A stretch of 64,000 nt of DNA. It comes from Gemmatimonadota bacterium. GTDB lineage: Bacteria > Gemmatimonadota > Gemmatimonadetes > Gemmatimonadales > GWC2-71-9. The translations under genes were made by a program, and so were the position numbers. The first letter of the stretch is position 1, and each line of letters begins with the position of its first letter. Positions 1-8,846 of the stretch are shown here, piece by piece. Location of the stretch: the NCBI GenBank assembly GCA_003221895.1, contig QHUJ01000121.1:5847-69846 (forward strand), read 5' to 3'. The notes beneath the pieces are model-generated. The model worked only from the letters and a program-made list of their open reading frames with translations. It did no database searches and was not told the DNA's origin.

Positions 1-1
1 C

Positions 2-607
2 ACCAACGATGTGCAAGCCGACGGCCGTCCGGTGTTCAGCGCTGACGGGCAGTCGCTCGTCTTCCATTCGTCACGCACTGGCGGGAAGCAGCAGATCTGG
101 TCGGTGAATATCGACGGGACGGGACTCACGCAGCTCACGAAAGACTCGGTCAACTTCTCACCGTCCGTGTCGCCGGATGGCCAGACGATCGCGTACGTGT
201 CACTGCGCGACAAGAACTACGACATCTGGCTGATGGGACGAGATGGCAGCAACCAGCGGCGCTTCACGGTGTCCCCGCAGCAGCGGGAGTGGGACCCGCA
301 TTTCCTGCGCGACGGGACGCTCGCCTATCTGGTCGAGCGCCGGGAGGCCAAGGGGACGGTGCAGCAGGTCGTGCGGGCGGATCTCAGCACCGGCAGCGTG
401 ACCGCGCTGACCGGCACCGATCTGGCGATTGCGGCATTCGGCGTCTCGCCGGCAGGCGATGTCGTGGCGCTGGTCGTCAATCCCGATCCGCAGAACAAAC
501 GCAATCCCGCGTACAAGGTCTACATCCGGCAGGTGAGCTCCGGGACGCCGCTCCCGATGCCCACCGCCGGCACCGAGCAGATGATTACGCCGACGTTTCG
601 GCCCTAG
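2..607 (+). CDS. TolB-like / PD40 beta-propeller repeat protein, C-terminal part (5' end lies outside the window)
   Basis: The frame is open from the window edge. It carries repeated PD40-type motifs (FSADGQSLVF, VSPDGQTIAYV, DIWLMGRDGSNQRR, VSPAGDVVA). Third-position GC is high. Confidence 0.6.
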   Translation, partial: TNDVQADGRPVFSADGQSLVFHSSRTGGKQQIWSVNIDGTGLTQLTKDSVNFSPSVSPDGQTIAYVSLRDKNYDIWLMGRDGSNQRRFTVSPQQREWDPHFLRDGTLAYLVERREAKGTVQQVVRADLSTGSVTALTGTDLAIAAFGVSPAGDVVALVVNPDPQNKRNPAYKVYIRQVSSGTPLPMPTAGTEQMITPTFRP

Positions 608-622
608 ATTTCAGGCGCACCT

Positions 623-1663
623 ATGCGCGCCTGCGTCCTGACCGCCTCCGGCGGAATCGACAAACTCCAAATCAAAGAAGTCCCTGACGCGCCCACGCCC
701 AAAGCGGGCGAAGTACGCGTCGCGATCCGGGCCGCCGCCCTCAATCACCTCGATCTCTGGGTCATCGACGGGTTGCCCGGAGCCGCCGATCGATTTCCGC
801 ATATCGTGGGCGCCGACGGCGCCGGCGTGGTGGAATCGACTGGAGCGGACGTCTCCACCGTCCGCCAAGGCGAGCGGGTAATGATCAATCCGGGAATCTC
901 CGACTACAGCTGCGAGTTCTGTCAGGCGGGCGAACACTCACTGTGCGTCAATTACCGGCTGCTCGGCGAACATCTGCCCGGAACCGTTGCGGAGCTGGTG
1001 ACCGTCCCGGCGCAGAACGTCGCCCGCCTCCCCGTACTGGCTCCCGTGGTGAGTTGGGCGGAGGCGGCGGCGTTTTCGCTCGTAACGCTCACGGCCTGGC
1101 GCATGGTCGTGACGCGCGCTCAGCTCAAGGTTGACGAGACGGTGCTGATCTGGGGGATTGGCGGGGGTGTATCGCTTGCGGCGCTGCGCATCGCCAAGCT
1201 GCTCGGGGCCCGCGCGATCGTGACGTCGTCGAATGACGTGAAACTGGCTGCCGCGAAAGACCTCGGTGCGGACGTCACGCTGAACCATCGCACACAGAAC
1301 GTCGGCCAGGAGATCCGCGCGTTGACGAACAAGCGGGGCGTCGATGTGGTGGTGGACAGCGTGGGGTCGGCCACGTGGGATGACTCGTTACGCAGCCTGC
1401 GGCGCGGTGGGCGGCTGGTGATCTGCGGGGCGACGTCGGGCCCGCAGGTCGGGCTCGATCTGCGACGGTTGTTCTGGCACCACTGGAGTGTGCTGGGCTC
1501 GACGATGGGCAATGCCGCCGAGTACGCGGAGATCGTGCGCCGCTTTGGCCAGGGCGAGCTGCGCCCGATGGTGGATCGGGTCTTTCCGCTGGCCCGCACC
1601 CGGGACGCCTACGAGCGACTGCAACGCGGTGAGCAGCTTGGGAAAATCGCGATCGAGATCTAG
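623..1663 (+). CDS. Medium-chain dehydrogenase/reductase (zinc-type alcohol dehydrogenase / quinone oxidoreductase family)
   Basis: Contains PHIVGADGAGVV (the GHE-like motif), a structural Cys cluster CEFCQAGEHSLC, and the Rossmann motif LIWGIGGGV. Length is 346 aa. Confidence 0.8.
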   Translation: MRACVLTASGGIDKLQIKEVPDAPTPKAGEVRVAIRAAALNHLDLWVIDGLPGAADRFPHIVGADGAGVVESTGADVSTVRQGERVMINPGISDYSCEFCQAGEHSLCVNYRLLGEHLPGTVAELVTVPAQNVARLPVLAPVVSWAEAAAFSLVTLTAWRMVVTRAQLKVDETVLIWGIGGGVSLAALRIAKLLGARAIVTSSNDVKLAAAKDLGADVTLNHRTQNVGQEIRALTNKRGVDVVVDSVGSATWDDSLRSLRRGGRLVICGATSGPQVGLDLRRLFWHHWSVLGSTMGNAAEYAEIVRRFGQGELRPMVDRVFPLARTRDAYERLQRGEQLGKIAIEI

Positions 1664-1697
1664 TAATCAGCCCGTCGGTTTCCGTTGCTTTTCCCGT

Positions 1698-1726
1698 GCT
1701 AAGTAATTAGTTTTTACTAACTTAGC
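1698..1726. promoter_or_regulatory. Imperfect inverted repeat inside the AT-rich gyrA upstream region
   Basis: GCTAAG(1698-1703) pairs with CTTAGC(1721-1726), and TTAG(1707-1710) pairs with CTAA(1717-1720). It lies in the only strongly AT-rich stretch (1664-1771), just upstream of gyrA. Confidence 0.3.
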
Positions 1727-1771
1727 CCATTTCGCACGCCCTAAAACCCAACACCCGACACCTGTATCTAA

Positions 1772-4300
1772 ATGACCGGTCCTAACGTCCGCGAACGCAT
1801 CGTCCCGCGCCTCATCGAAGACGAGCTGAAGGAATCGTTCCTCGACTACTCGATGAGCGTCATCGTGTCGCGCGCGCTGCCGGACGTGCGCGACGGCCTG
1901 AAGCCCGTCCACCGACGCATCCTCTACGCGATGAACGAGCTGGGTCTGGTGCCCGGCCGCCCCTATAAGAAGAGCGCGACCGTCGTCGGCGACGTGCTCG
2001 GCAAGTACCACCCGCACGGCGACGTGGCGTTGTACGACTCGCTGGTGCGCATGGTGCAGGACTTCTCGCTGCGCTACCCCCTGGTCGACGGGCAGGGGAA
2101 TTTCGGGTCGGTCGACGGCGACTCGGCTGCGGCGTACCGCTATACCGAAGCACGGCTCACGCGCGTCGCCATGACGATGCTGGAGGACATCGACAAGAAC
2201 ACCGTCGATTTCGTCCCCAACTACGACGACCGGCTGCAGGAGCCCACCGTCCTTCCGGGGCGGCTTCCGAACCTGATCGTGAACGGCTCGGCCGGCATCG
2301 CGGTGGGCATGACGACCAACATCCCGCCGCACAACCTGGGCGAAGTCGTCCAGGCAATCGTCCATCTCGTCGATCACCCCAATGCGACGATCAAGGACAT
2401 CCGGAAGTTCGTCAAAGGCCCCGATTTCCCGACCGGCGCGATCATCTACGGGCGCGACGGGATCAAGGAATGCTACGAGAAGGGTCGCGGGCGCATCATC
2501 ATTCGGGCTCGGGCGATTGTCGAAGAAAAGGAATCGAGCGGCAAGCAGCAGATCGTCGTGGCGGAGTTCCCCTATCAGGTGAGCCCCGAGCGGGTGCACG
2601 AGCAGATCCGCGACCTCGTGCTCGTCAAGAAGCTGGAGGGGATCAGCGACGTCCGCAATGAATCCGATAAAGAGGGGGTCCGGCTCGTCATCGAGCTGAA
2701 GCGCGACGCCATCCCGATGGTCGTGCTCAACCAGCTCTACAAGCACACGCAGATGCAGCAGACCTTCGGCGCCATCATGCTGGCGCTGGTGGACGGCGCG
2801 CCGAAGGAAATGACGCTGCTCGAGATCCTGCAGAACTTCATCGAGCACCGCCATACCGTCATCACGCGCCGCACCCAGTTCGAGCTGCAGCGCGCGCAGG
2901 ACCGCGAGCACATCCTCGAAGGCTTGAAGATCGCCGTCGACAACATCGACGAAGTGATCAAGATCATCAAGAAATCGAAGGACACGCCCAGCGCGGACGC
3001 AGCGCTGCGGAAGCGCTTCAAGCTGTCGGAAAAACAGTCAGCGGAAATCCTCAACATGCGTCTGGCGCGGCTCACCGCGCTCGAGATCACGAAGCTCGAG
3101 GAGGAGCTGAAAGACGTCCGCAAGTTCATCAAAGAGTGCAAGGAGATTCTCGCGTCCAAGCCGCGGCGCATGAAGATCCTGAAGGAAGAGCTGACCGAGC
3201 TCGCGCAGGGCTTCGGGGACGACCGGCGCACCGAGATCGTGGCGGATCAGGGCGAGTTCTCGATCGAGGATCTGATTGTCGAAGAGGACATGGTGATCAC
3301 CGTGTCCCACGCCGGCTACATCAAGCGGCTACCCGTGTCCGCGTACCGGCGCCAGCGGCGCGGCGGCAAGGGCGTGATTGCCTCGCACCAGAAGGAAGAC
3401 GACTGGGTCGAGCATCTCTTCATCGCGTCGACGCACGACTACGTCATGTTCTTCACCGAACAGGGCCAGTGCTACTGGCTCAAGGTGCACGAGATCGGGC
3501 AGGCGGCGCGATCCGCCCGCGGCAAGCCGATTCTCAGCTGCGTCGCGATGAAGCCCGACGAGCGGCTCGCGGCGTTGGTCCCGGTCCGCGAGTTCTCCGA
3601 GGATCAGTTCCTGCTCTTCGCCACGAAGGCCGGCGTCGTCAAGAAGACCGTGCTCTCGGAATTCGGCAACCCGCGCTCGGTGGGGATCCGCGCGATCAAC
3701 ATCGAGAAGGGCGACGAGCTCATCGACGTCCAGGTCACGGACGGCAAGAACGACATCGTGCTGGCGACCGCGCACGGCATGAGCATCCGTTTCCATGAGA
3801 AGGACGTGCGCGACATGGGACGCACGGCGACCGGCGTCAAGGGCATCGAGCTCGACAAGAAGGACCACGTCATCGACATGGTCGTCGTGCGCCGCAAGTC
3901 GACGCTGCTCACCGTGACTGAAAAGGGCATGGGCAAGCGCTCCGAGTTGGAGGAATACCGCGTCCAGCATCGCGGCGGCCGCGGCATCATCACGCTGAAG
4001 CGCGGCGACAAGACCGGCGAGATCATCGCGCTGAAAGAGGTGCTGCCCGACGATGAGCTGATGATGATCACCAAGAAGGGCATCATGATCCGCGTGCCGG
4101 TCGAGGGCATCCGGATCTCCGGCCGGAATACCCAGGGCGTCAAGATCATGAACCTGACCCCCGGCGACCTGGTGGTGGACGTCGCGCGTGTCGTCAAGGA
4201 AGACGAAGACCAAACGGTGGACGAGGACGAGGACGAGGCGTCTCCTCCGGCTACGGCGCCGAAGGCCAAGGCCAAGACGAAGGCGAAGGCGAAGAAGTAA
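1772..4300 (+). CDS. gyrA: DNA gyrase subunit A
   Basis: Carries the active-site Tyr context [10 protein letters not shown], plus [12 protein letters not shown] and a QRDR-like [12 protein letters not shown]. The C-terminal region has beta-pinwheel repeats. Length is 842 aa. Confidence 0.97.
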   Translation: MTGPNVRERIVPRLIEDELKESFLDYSMSVIVSRALPDVRDGLKPVHRRILYAMNELGLVPGRPYKKSATVVGDVLGKYHPHGDVALYDSLVRMVQDFSLRYPLVDGQGNFGSVDGDSAAAYRYTEARLTRVAMTMLEDIDKNTVDFVPNYDDRLQEPTVLPGRLPNLIVNGSAGIAVGMTTNIPPHNLGEVVQAIVHLVDHPNATIKDIRKFVKGPDFPTGAIIYGRDGIKECYEKGRGRIIIRARAIVEEKESSGKQQIVVAEFPYQVSPERVHEQIRDLVLVKKLEGISDVRNESDKEGVRLVIELKRDAIPMVVLNQLYKHTQMQQTFGAIMLALVDGAPKEMTLLEILQNFIEHRHTVITRRTQFELQRAQDREHILEGLKIAVDNIDEVIKIIKKSKDTPSADAALRKRFKLSEKQSAEILNMRLARLTALEITKLEEELKDVRKFIKECKEILASKPRRMKILKEELTELAQGFGDDRRTEIVADQGEFSIEDLIVEEDMVITVSHAGYIKRLPVSAYRRQRRGGKGVIASHQKEDDWVEHLFIASTHDYVMFFTEQGQCYWLKVHEIGQAARSARGKPILSCVAMKPDERLAALVPVREFSEDQFLLFATKAGVVKKTVLSEFGNPRSVGIRAINIEKGDELIDVQVTDGKNDIVLATAHGMSIRFHEKDVRDMGRTATGVKGIELDKKDHVIDMVVVRRKSTLLTVTEKGMGKRSELEEYRVQHRGGRGIITLKRGDKTGEIIALKEVLPDDELMMITKKGIMIRVPVEGIRISGRNTQGVKIMNLTPGDLVVDVARVVKEDEDQTVDEDEDEASPPATAPKAKAKTKAKAKK

Positions 4301-4302
4301 GC

Positions 4303-5238
4303 GTGGTCACCTCCCAAGACATTCAGGAAGCCGCAGCGGGGCTGCGGGGCATCGCGCGCCGCACCCCACTGGTCTACGTGGAGGAGCTCGACGCCCACCT
4401 CAAGCTCGAGAACGAGCAGCCGATCGGGGCCTTCAAGATTCGCGGCGCCTACAACGCCATCCGCAAGCTTCCCGCCGCGGCGCGCCAGCGTGGGGTGATC
4501 ACCTACTCCTCCGGCAATCACGGCCAGGCCGTCGCATACGCCGCCAAACAATTCGGCGTGCGGGCGGTGGTCACCATGCCCGAGACGGCCCCCGCCATCA
4601 AAGTGGAAGGCGTCAAGAAATGGGGGGGGGAGGTCGTCGTCGCGGGCCGGACCTCAGAAGACCGCCGCATAAAGGCCGAGGAGATCGCCGCGCAAGAGGG
4701 CCTCGCGATCGTCCCTCCCTTCGACCACCCCGATATCGTCGCCGGACAGGCCACGATCGCACTTGAGATCGTGGAGCAGCTGCCCGACGTGCAAACGGTC
4801 GTCGTCCCGGTGGGAGGAGGCGGTCTGATCTCCGGCATCATCGCAGGCCTCGCGGCCGCGCGCAGCACCGCCGTGGTGTGGGGCGTCGAGCCCATTGGCG
4901 CGCCCAAGCTCCATCATTCACTCGCCGCAGGGAAAGTGGTTCGCCTCGAGCGGACGGGCAGCATCGCCGACGGGCTGATCACCCTCAACGTCGGCACCAT
5001 CCCGTTTGCCGAAATCAGCAAGGAGCGCGAGCGGATTCGCGGGGTGGTGCTGGTCGAGGATGACAGCATCCGCGCCGCCGTGCAGTTTCTCTGGCGAACC
5101 GTCGGTCTCGCGGTCGAGCCGTCGGGTGCCGCTACCACGGCCGCCCTGCTCACCGGCCTGCTGCCGCGCTCCCGCACCACCGTGTTGATCGTCAGCGGCG
5201 GCAACGTCGATCCCTCGCTGCTCGAGGCAAAAGACTGA
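4303..5238 (+). CDS. PLP-dependent serine/threonine dehydratase (threonine ammonia-lyase type, no ACT regulatory domain)
   Basis: Has the PLP-lysine motif GAFKIRGAYN, SSGNHGQAVAYAA, and the glycine loop VPVGGGGLISG. A GTG start lies 2 nt after the gyrA stop. Confidence 0.85.
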   Translation: MVTSQDIQEAAAGLRGIARRTPLVYVEELDAHLKLENEQPIGAFKIRGAYNAIRKLPAAARQRGVITYSSGNHGQAVAYAAKQFGVRAVVTMPETAPAIKVEGVKKWGGEVVVAGRTSEDRRIKAEEIAAQEGLAIVPPFDHPDIVAGQATIALEIVEQLPDVQTVVVPVGGGGLISGIIAGLAAARSTAVVWGVEPIGAPKLHHSLAAGKVVRLERTGSIADGLITLNVGTIPFAEISKERERIRGVVLVEDDSIRAAVQFLWRTVGLAVEPSGAATTAALLTGLLPRSRTTVLIVSGGNVDPSLLEAKD

Positions 5239-6674
5239 TGACCGGTCCCGCAACGCGAGTCCTGGTTGCCGACGACGACGCGTCGCTAGTCCAGACGCTG
5301 ACCTGGATCCTGAAGGAGAACGGATACGAGGTGGCCGTCTGTCCCGGCGGCGACGGGCTGTTTGCCAAGCTCGAAGAGATCAAGCCTGCCCTGCTGCTGC
5401 TCGACATCATGATGCCGAAGGTGGACGGGCTGCAGCTGCTCGAGCGGCTGAAACAGGACGAGCGCTACAAGGACTTACCGGTCCTTATGGTCTCGTCCAT
5501 GCCACCGGAAGAAGCGACCGTGCGCGCGCTGGGACTGGGCGCGGCCGATTTCATCTCGAAGCCGTTTCGCGTGCGCGAGCTGCTGGCACGCGTCGATGCG
5601 CACATCCGGGTAGGACGAGCGCTGGCACAGGCGCGCGAGGAGGCCCGCAGCCGCGCCGCGATGGTGGACATCCTGCACGAGGTCACGGACTCCCTCAAGC
5701 CCGACGAGATCTATCACATCCTCGTGCGTCGGGTGGCGCGCGCGCTCAACATCTCGAAGTGCTCCATGGTGCTCGCCAAACCGGGCGACCAACAGGGGGT
5801 CGTCGTCGCGGCCTACGAAAACCCGATGCTGCGCAACCTGCAGATCGAACTGGGCCGCTATCCGGAGATTCGCAAAGCCGTCTCGACGGGCCGGCTGGTG
5901 CTGGTCGAGGACGTCGCCACCGATCCGTTGTACGAAGACGAGCGTCGCCGCTGGGAGCGAGAGGACATCAAAGTCCCGACGCGCTCCGCGGTGGCACTGC
6001 CGTTCTGGATGAAAGATCAGCAGACCGGCGTGTTTTTCCTGCGCACCACCGGCGATGACCCGCCGCTCACCAAGGCCGATGCGCAGTTCTCCGAGACGGT
6101 CATCAAGACCGCGGTGTCGGCGATCGAGAAAGCCTACGACTTCGAGACCGCGGTCTCGGACAAGCAGCGGCTCGAGAAGCTGGCGGCGACGGATGCCCTC
6201 ACCGGTCTCACCAACCGGCGAGCGCTCGCCGAAGCGCTCGCCCAGGAGCTGGATCGCGCGCGGCGTTACAACCTGGCGCTCACGATCCTGCTCGCGGACA
6301 TCGACCGTTTCAAGTCGATCAACGACACGCGCGGCCACATCGCCGGCGACTCCGTGCTGCGGCAGATCGGCGAGCTGCTCAGGCGGGAAGCGCGGTCGGT
6401 CGACATCGTGGCGCGCTACGGCGGTGAGGAGTTCGTCATCGTCATGCCCGAGACCGCCCCGCACGGCGCGGCGATCTTCGCCGAGCGCCTGCGGCGGCGC
6501 GTGATGGCGCACGACTTCGCCGACCCGGGTGAGGATCCGCTCCATCTGACGGTCAGCATCGGGTTGGCGTCATTCCCCGACGACCGCGTGCACAGCGCCG
6601 ACAGCTTCGTCTCCCTTGCCGATCAGGCCCTCTATCGCGCGAAGAACGAAGGGCGCAACTTGGTCCGGCAATGA
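5238..6674 (+). CDS. Response regulator with REC-GAF-GGDEF architecture (diguanylate cyclase, apparently active)
   Basis: REC motifs are VADDD and LLLLDIMMPKVDG. A central GAF-like region follows. The GGDEF domain has an intact RYGGEEF and an I-site RSVD five residues upstream. Its start overlaps the previous stop (TGATG). Confidence 0.9.
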   Translation: MTGPATRVLVADDDASLVQTLTWILKENGYEVAVCPGGDGLFAKLEEIKPALLLLDIMMPKVDGLQLLERLKQDERYKDLPVLMVSSMPPEEATVRALGLGAADFISKPFRVRELLARVDAHIRVGRALAQAREEARSRAAMVDILHEVTDSLKPDEIYHILVRRVARALNISKCSMVLAKPGDQQGVVVAAYENPMLRNLQIELGRYPEIRKAVSTGRLVLVEDVATDPLYEDERRRWEREDIKVPTRSAVALPFWMKDQQTGVFFLRTTGDDPPLTKADAQFSETVIKTAVSAIEKAYDFETAVSDKQRLEKLAATDALTGLTNRRALAEALAQELDRARRYNLALTILLADIDRFKSINDTRGHIAGDSVLRQIGELLRREARSVDIVARYGGEEFVIVMPETAPHGAAIFAERLRRRVMAHDFADPGEDPLHLTVSIGLASFPDDRVHSADSFVSLADQALYRAKNEGRNLVRQ

Positions 6675-7753
6675 GTGAGCGCCGCTGTCCCAAGTGCGGA
6701 TCCGTCTATGTGGACTCGGGGGCGCGCTTCTGCCCCAGAGACGGCAGCCTGCTGGTGGAGATTCAGTCCAGAAAACCGGCTCCGCCGGCGCCGGCGGGCA
6801 GCGGGACGGGCGTCCGGACGCCGTTGCCGCCCGCCAAGGCCGCCGACCGGGATCGCGCGTCGACACTCTCCAACCAGATCCTCGACGGGCGCTACGAAGT
6901 CCTGAAGAAGCTGGGCGAAGGCGGGATGTCGTACGTCTACCTCGCCAGAGAGGTTTCCTCCGGCGAAACGGTGGCGATCAAGGTGCTCTCCCCGCGGCTC
7001 GCGTCCGACAAGAGCTCCGTCGAGCGGCTGCGGCGCGAGGCCGGCCTCGCGATGCGGCTCGACCATCCGAATGTCTGCCGCATCCTGCGGCTTGGGGAAT
7101 CGGAGGACGGCCTCATCTATCTCGTGATGCCGTTCCTGAAGGGCGAGCTGCTTTCCGACCGCGAGGTGCGCAGTGGGCCGATGGACATCCCCGCCAGCGT
7201 GCAGCTGTTGCAGCAGATGTGCGCGGGTCTCCATCACGCGCACGAGCTGCAGATCGTGCACCGCGACCTGAAGCCCGAGAACGTGATGCTCGTGCGAGAC
7301 GACGGATCCAGCGCGGAGCGCGCGGTCGTGATGGACTTCGGACTCGCCAAGGAACGCCGCGCCGATCCCGCTATCGCCAAGCTCACGGCGACAGGCATCA
7401 TCCTCGGGACCCCGGAGTTCATGAGCCCCGAGCAGATTCGCGGCAAGCCGCTCGATGCCCGCAGCGACATCTACGCCCTCGGCATCGTCGCCTTCGAGAT
7501 GTTCACGGGCAAGCTGCCGTTCCAGGGTCGCAACGCGCAGGAGATGATGATTGCCCGGCTGCGCAGCCACCCCCAGCCGGTCCGCCAACTGCGGCCCGAC
7601 GTGCCCGAGGTGGTGGAGAAGGCGCTCTCGAAAGCGCTGCAAACGAATCCGGACGACCGCTTTTCGACGGCGATCGAGTTTGGCGACGCGCTGACGGGAT
7701 CCGCCGCACCGTCGAGCGGATTCTTCGGCAAGCTGAAGGAAAGATTCTCCTGA
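6671..7753 (+). CDS. Ser/Thr protein kinase with N-terminal zinc-ribbon
   Basis: The N-terminus has CPKCGS...FCPRDGS. Kinase motifs VAIKVL, HRDLKPEN, DFGLA and GTPEFMSPE are present. It has an ATGA overlap with the GGDEF gene. Confidence 0.9.
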   Translation: MSERRCPKCGSVYVDSGARFCPRDGSLLVEIQSRKPAPPAPAGSGTGVRTPLPPAKAADRDRASTLSNQILDGRYEVLKKLGEGGMSYVYLAREVSSGETVAIKVLSPRLASDKSSVERLRREAGLAMRLDHPNVCRILRLGESEDGLIYLVMPFLKGELLSDREVRSGPMDIPASVQLLQQMCAGLHHAHELQIVHRDLKPENVMLVRDDGSSAERAVVMDFGLAKERRADPAIAKLTATGIILGTPEFMSPEQIRGKPLDARSDIYALGIVAFEMFTGKLPFQGRNAQEMMIARLRSHPQPVRQLRPDVPEVVEKALSKALQTNPDDRFSTAIEFGDALTGSAAPSSGFFGKLKERFS

Positions 7754-7754
7754 T

Positions 7755-8846
7755 GTGAAGCGGTTCCCCGCATTCGATCCACCGGAGTACGTCGACTGGA
7801 AGCCCGACCACGCGCTCGTGCGGAGTTTCCGCGCTACGCTCGAAGCCGATCCCGATCGAGCGGCCATTGTGCAGGCTCTGTCCCGCGAGGCCAAGCTCGA
7901 GTTATATCGTGGTCTGGTGCGTGCCCGGCTGCATGATATCGAGCTGAAGCGCTGGGTTCGCACCGGCGTCATCTCCAAGGCCTGGCTAGGTACCGGAGAG
8001 GAAGCGACGACGGTCGGGCCCGTGCACGCATTGGAGCGGGGCAAGGACATCGTCGCGCCGATGATTCGCAACGCCGCGGCCTGCTGTGAGATGGGGATGC
8101 CGATCGCCGACATGCTGCGCGCCTATCTCGCCACCGCCGATTCCCCCAGCGGCGGCCGCGATCTCCACGTCGGCTCGTTCAGCGACGGCGTGCTGCAGCC
8201 GATCTCCCACGTGGGGGACATGGTGCCGGTGATCACCGGCATCGCCCTCACCTTCAAGATCAAGAAAGAGGCGCGCGTCGCGTTGACCTGGCTGGGCGAC
8301 GGATCGACCAAAACGGCCGCGGCGCACGAGGGAACGAATCTGGCGGCCGTGCAGCGCGTGCCTGCCATCTTCATCATCGAGAACAATCAGGTCGCGCTCG
8401 GCACGCGGCTCGAGCAGCACCATCTGCCCGCCGATTTCAAGGACTGGCCGTCCAGCTATGGCGTGTGGGGCGCGGTGTTCGACGGCAACAACGTGCTGGA
8501 TGCCTACGCGGCGACACGAATCGCCGCCGAGCGGTGTCGCAGTGGGAACGGGCCCGCGTTGCTCATTGCTGAAACGTTCCGCATGGGCGGCCACGCCACC
8601 CATGACGAGCGCGAGGCGCGGGAAACGTTTCCCGCCGAGCTGTTTACCACATGGGGCAAACGCGACCCGATCGGGCTGTATGAGGAGTACTTGAAGGAAG
8701 ACGGCGTCTCCGCGAAGGTTCTGGCGGACTTGGAAGGGGATGTCACTGCGGATGTGGAACGTGCGGCCGCCGCCGCATTGGCGAGCCGCGAGAAAATGCC
8801 GGACGGACGTACCGCCCTCGAGGGAGTGTATGCGAGCCGCAATTAG
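7755..8846 (+). CDS. Thiamine-diphosphate-dependent 2-oxoacid dehydrogenase E1 component, alpha subunit only
   Basis: Has the TPP-binding region GDGSTKTAAAHEGTNLAAVQRVPAIFIIENNQVA and FRMGGHATHD. The 363 aa length fits an alpha subunit. No beta subunit gene is adjacent. Confidence 0.8.
   Translation: MKRFPAFDPPEYVDWKPDHALVRSFRATLEADPDRAAIVQALSREAKLELYRGLVRARLHDIELKRWVRTGVISKAWLGTGEEATTVGPVHALERGKDIVAPMIRNAAACCEMGMPIADMLRAYLATADSPSGGRDLHVGSFSDGVLQPISHVGDMVPVITGIALTFKIKKEARVALTWLGDGSTKTAAAHEGTNLAAVQRVPAIFIIENNQVALGTRLEQHHLPADFKDWPSSYGVWGAVFDGNNVLDAYAATRIAAERCRSGNGPALLIAETFRMGGHATHDEREARETFPAELFTTWGKRDPIGLYEEYLKEDGVSAKVLADLEGDVTADVERAAAAALASREKMPDGRTALEGVYASRN

Noticed and set aside
1667-2911. 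A 414-aa minus-strand ORF antisense to gyrA. Similar long antisense or shadow ORFs are at 3329-4213, 8887-9684, 17669-18781, 18145-19773, 37390-38724, 50064-51272 and 62654-63502.
   Set aside because: These are typical high-GC shadow ORFs. Their composition is Arg/Ala/Gly/Pro-rich and low in complexity, they carry no motifs, and the opposite strand encodes clearly recognisable proteins with high third-position GC.
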